From the NCBI RefSeq assembly GCF_018977255.1, contig NW_024704756.1, positions 17,298,001 through 17,362,000 on the forward strand: a stretch of 64,000 nucleotides of DNA, given 5' to 3'. The translations under genes and the position numbers were made by a program. The notes under the pieces are model-generated. The model saw only the letters and a list, made by a program, of their open reading frames with translations. It made no database searches and had not been told where the DNA came from. Shown piece after piece: positions 61,068-64,000 of this stretch (positions are counted from its first letter, which is position 1; each line of letters starts with the position of its first letter). The DNA comes from Callorhinchus milii (taxonomy: Eukaryota).

Positions 61068-61322
61068 AGGTGGGGGGTGCACAGCTTAACCTTGACCATG
61101 CCGGCACACGTTACAGAGGTGGGGGGTGCACAGCTTAACCTTGACCATGCCGGCACACGTTACAGAGGTGGGGGGTGCACAGCTTAACCTTGACCATGCC
61201 GGCACACGTTACAGAGGTGGGGGGTGCACAGCTTAACCTTGACCATGCCGGCACACGTTACAGAGGTGGGGGGTGCACAGCTTAACCTTGACCATGCCGG
61301 CACACGTTACAGAGGTGGGGGG
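61068..61322 (+). repeat. Perfect 49-bp VNTR, 5 copies
   Basis: AGGTGGGGGGTGCACAGCTTAACCTTGACCATGCCGGCACACGTTACAG x5, no spacers. Confidence 0.95.
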
Positions 61323-62595
61323 TGGGGGGTTTACAGGATAAGCATCAGACACTCCCAGGGGACACTTTGTGATGGTCTCAGGTGCAGAATGGACTTAGCT
61401 CGGCTGCAGGTCCCTCCTCACACACACACTGCCCGCACTGGCACTGGGCACTGGCACTGGGCACTGGGCGGGCGGGCGGGCGGGCAGACAGGACAGTGGG
61501 GTTACCGGACACGGAAACAGGCAGAGACAGAGTGGGGCGGACCTGGGAGAGCAGCCAGGAAAACCGCTCAGACAGCTCTAAATATAAACAGCCATAATAA
61601 AGGCTCTCATCCGCTCTGAGCCGGGATTTCCTGTGCAGCCGAGGCCACAACGGCACAGCTTCAACGGCTGCGCATCATCATCATCATCGCCCACAAAACA
61701 CACAGTCACTGCACTTTATAGTACATCCTGTGAAGCGCTGGGAAACGGACTCCAGACACTGCTCAGAGGACGTGAACAGGAATAAACATCACAGCAATCC
61801 CGGGACTGGGGTGAGGGACTGATACTTTTATAGCACATGGGGGGGGGGGGGGGGGGGGGCGGAGCGGTGGATGGAAGGGTCTCTGTGTAGGAGGAGCTTT
61901 GGGGTGGGCGGGACTTGATGTGGGAGGAGCTTAAGGTGGGTGTGGCTATATGTGGGAGGAGCTTAGGGTGGGTGTGGCTATGTGTGGGAGGAGCTTGGGA
62001 TGGGCGGGGCTCTGTGTGGGAGGGGCTTTGGGGTGGGCGGGGCTCGGGGTGGGAACGGATTTGAGGAGGAACCAAAGTGCCGGAGCCGGAGCTCGGGGGG
62101 ACCTGAGGCTGGTGCTCGGGGGGGGGCGGTGCTCGGGGGGGGGGGCGGTGCTCGGGGGGGGGGCGGTGCTCGGGGCGGTGCTCGGGGGGACCTGAAGCTG
62201 CACTGTTGGTGAGCGGCGGTTTGTGAGTTTATTTTATTACAAATTTGAGGGAAGAAAAACACTTGTGGCCCCGAAATGTGGGTATAGACCCCCTCCTCCT
62301 CCCTCCCTCACTCCAGCCCCTCCCCTCCGGAGCCTCAGCCTGAGCTGAGCTCAGCCCCACAGCCTTCTGGCTCCTGGCGGTGAGGACGGTGCCCCCTCCG
62401 GGTTGGCGTTAGCACTGGGGAGGCCGGGGGGGGGCACTGGGGGGCACTGGGGAGGGGGGGGCACTGGGGGTGGGGGGTACGGGGGAGGGGGGCACTGGGA
62501 GGGGGGGGGATGGGGGACGGGGGGGCACTGGGAGGGGGGGCCGTGGGGGGCACTGTGGAGGTATCTCCCTGAGGCCTGGGGTTTGTTTTCAGGCC

Positions 62596-63390
62596 ATGAA
62601 GGAGGGTTGGACGCCCATCGCTCAGCACTACGCGCCGCTGAAGGCGGGGAGCATCGATGGGACGGACGCGGAGCCCCACGACCGAGCCGTGTCGCGGGCC
62701 ATTGCCGCCAACTACCGGCCCAACAAAGGGGTGTCGGGAGACCCGCACCTGACGCTGTTTGTGGCGCGGCTCAACCCACAGACCACAGAGCAGAAGCTGA
62801 GGGACACCTTCTCCCGATTCGGGGATGTGCGGCGCCTCCGGTTGGTGCGGGACCTGGTCACCGGCTTCTCGAAGTGCTACGGCTTCATCGAGTACCGGGA
62901 GGAGCGGTCACTGGTGAAGGCGCATCGCGACGCCAACAAACTGCTGGTGGATCAGCACGAGCTGTTCGTGGACTTCGAGCTGGAGCGGGTGCTGAAGGGG
63001 TGGATGCCCCGCAGGTTCGGAGGTGGTTTGGGGGGAAAGAAAGAGTCGGGACAGCTGAGGTTCGGGGGCCGAGACCGGCCTTTCAGGAAACCCATCCACC
63101 TGCCCGCCCTGTACGTGGAGGGGCAAGTGGGCAAACCGGAGCGGGCGGGGTCCAGAGAGAGATTCAAGGATGGTTGGCAACGGGATCGGTACCGGTACCG
63201 GGACCGGGACCGGCAGAGAGAGCGAGGGAGGGAGAGGGGGGGCGAGATGAGGGAAGGGAAAAGCGGGACGGAGAGAGGGAGAGAGAGAGATACAGAAGCA
63301 AAGACCGAGAGCACAAGCGACACCGGGAGGGAGACAGACACCGACATAAAGCTGAGCCGAGATAGGGCTGAGAGGCCGAGTCTGCACTGA
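62596..63390 (+). CDS. SNRNP35: U11/U12 snRNP 35 kDa protein, single coding exon, 264 aa
   Basis: ttttcAG|GCCATG; PLKAGSIDGTD.EPHDRAV, RRM (TLFVARL...GYGFIEY-like CYGFIEY), GWMPRRFGGGLGGKKESGQLRFGGRDRPFRKP, RE/RD-rich tail; likely 5'UTR donor GTGAGC at 62209. Confidence 0.93.
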   Translation: MKEGWTPIAQHYAPLKAGSIDGTDAEPHDRAVSRAIAANYRPNKGVSGDPHLTLFVARLNPQTTEQKLRDTFSRFGDVRRLRLVRDLVTGFSKCYGFIEYREERSLVKAHRDANKLLVDQHELFVDFELERVLKGWMPRRFGGGLGGKKESGQLRFGGRDRPFRKPIHLPALYVEGQVGKPERAGSRERFKDGWQRDRYRYRDRDRQRERGRERGGEMREGKSGTERGRERDTEAKTESTSDTGRETDTDIKLSRDRAERPSLH

Positions 63391-64000
63391 CCGCCCACAC
63401 ACGGCCTCCGACCAACACCAACGGTCTCACCTGTGGCTCCATTGGTGGAATCCCTGCAATGGTCACTCGCTTCACAGCTGCTGTTTGTTTACAAACAGTC
63501 ACTACACTCGGCAGCAATCTCTGTGAGACTCTCTGCAGCGTTTTGACCGAGTTGGTTTCTTTGTCGTGTAATTTGTTTTAATATGTAAAGGAAATATTGT
63601 AAAATGTTTGTTTTACGTTCCGGTTGGGAATTAAAGATAGTGCAAACTCTTGGAAGAGAGATAGTAGTTTGTTCCTGACCAGGAGATCTCCAGGTTACAT
63701 CACTTTCACCTGGTGTTACTACACCGGACCTCTTGGAGACGGTGGAGTATCAGCTTGTTAACGTGTGAAAGACAAACCCGGTTGAGTAAGCTCCTGTTTG
63801 AACCAGTTTTAAATGAGACCGACCAGGTGTAAGTGTTCTGATTTATTAACAATCCAATCCGGTCTAAAATAAAATAGCACTAAAAAAATAATTACATCAG
63901 CCAATTTTATACATATGATACAGACATTCTGACGTATATACAGCTACAGACATGAACAGGCTGGCTCTGTAAAGCCATCTTCTATACAGGCACTCGAGTG

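Noticed and set aside
61068-61322. CRISPR-like regular repeats (also 56031-56228 and 32762-32941)
   Set aside because: Head-to-tail units with no unique spacers, no cas genes and a vertebrate context.
62470-62595. N-terminal extension of SNRNP35
   Set aside because: G-rich intronic repeat; a splice acceptor sits three bases before the ATG at 62596.

Overview
Eukaryotic vertebrate genomic DNA, most likely a cartilaginous fish (inferred from the repeat families), with one 168-N gap. Six protein-coding genes were reconstructed by hand from GT-AG splice sites and reading phase: the first two coding exons of a PICALM-like ANTH gene (-), a PRSS23-like protease with a single coding exon (+), a complete 3-exon RAB38-like GTPase (-, 211 aa), a complete 11-exon CHORD-CHORD-CS gene with an acidic tail (melusin/ITGB1BP2, -, 374 aa), a complete 5-exon UBL3-like gene (-, 117 aa) and SNRNP35 (+, 264 aa). 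Gene order and orientation mirror the human 11q14 PICALM-PRSS23-RAB38-CHORDC1 block, suggesting a compact sister (ohnolog) block. The rest is tRNA-derived Deu-type SINEs, L2 and CR1 LINE 3' fragments, and many G-rich minisatellites. I see no clear new multi-gene system. The best leads are RNA or chromatin level: inverted near-identical SINEs bracketing an in-frame 690-nt exon block of melusin (circRNA candidate), a palindromic poly(A) signal between two convergent genes, tandem CTCF-like motifs inside a coding loop, a CORE+Deu hybrid SINE, and a palindromic element with decayed hammerhead cores. All family assignments come from recalled sequences, not database searches.
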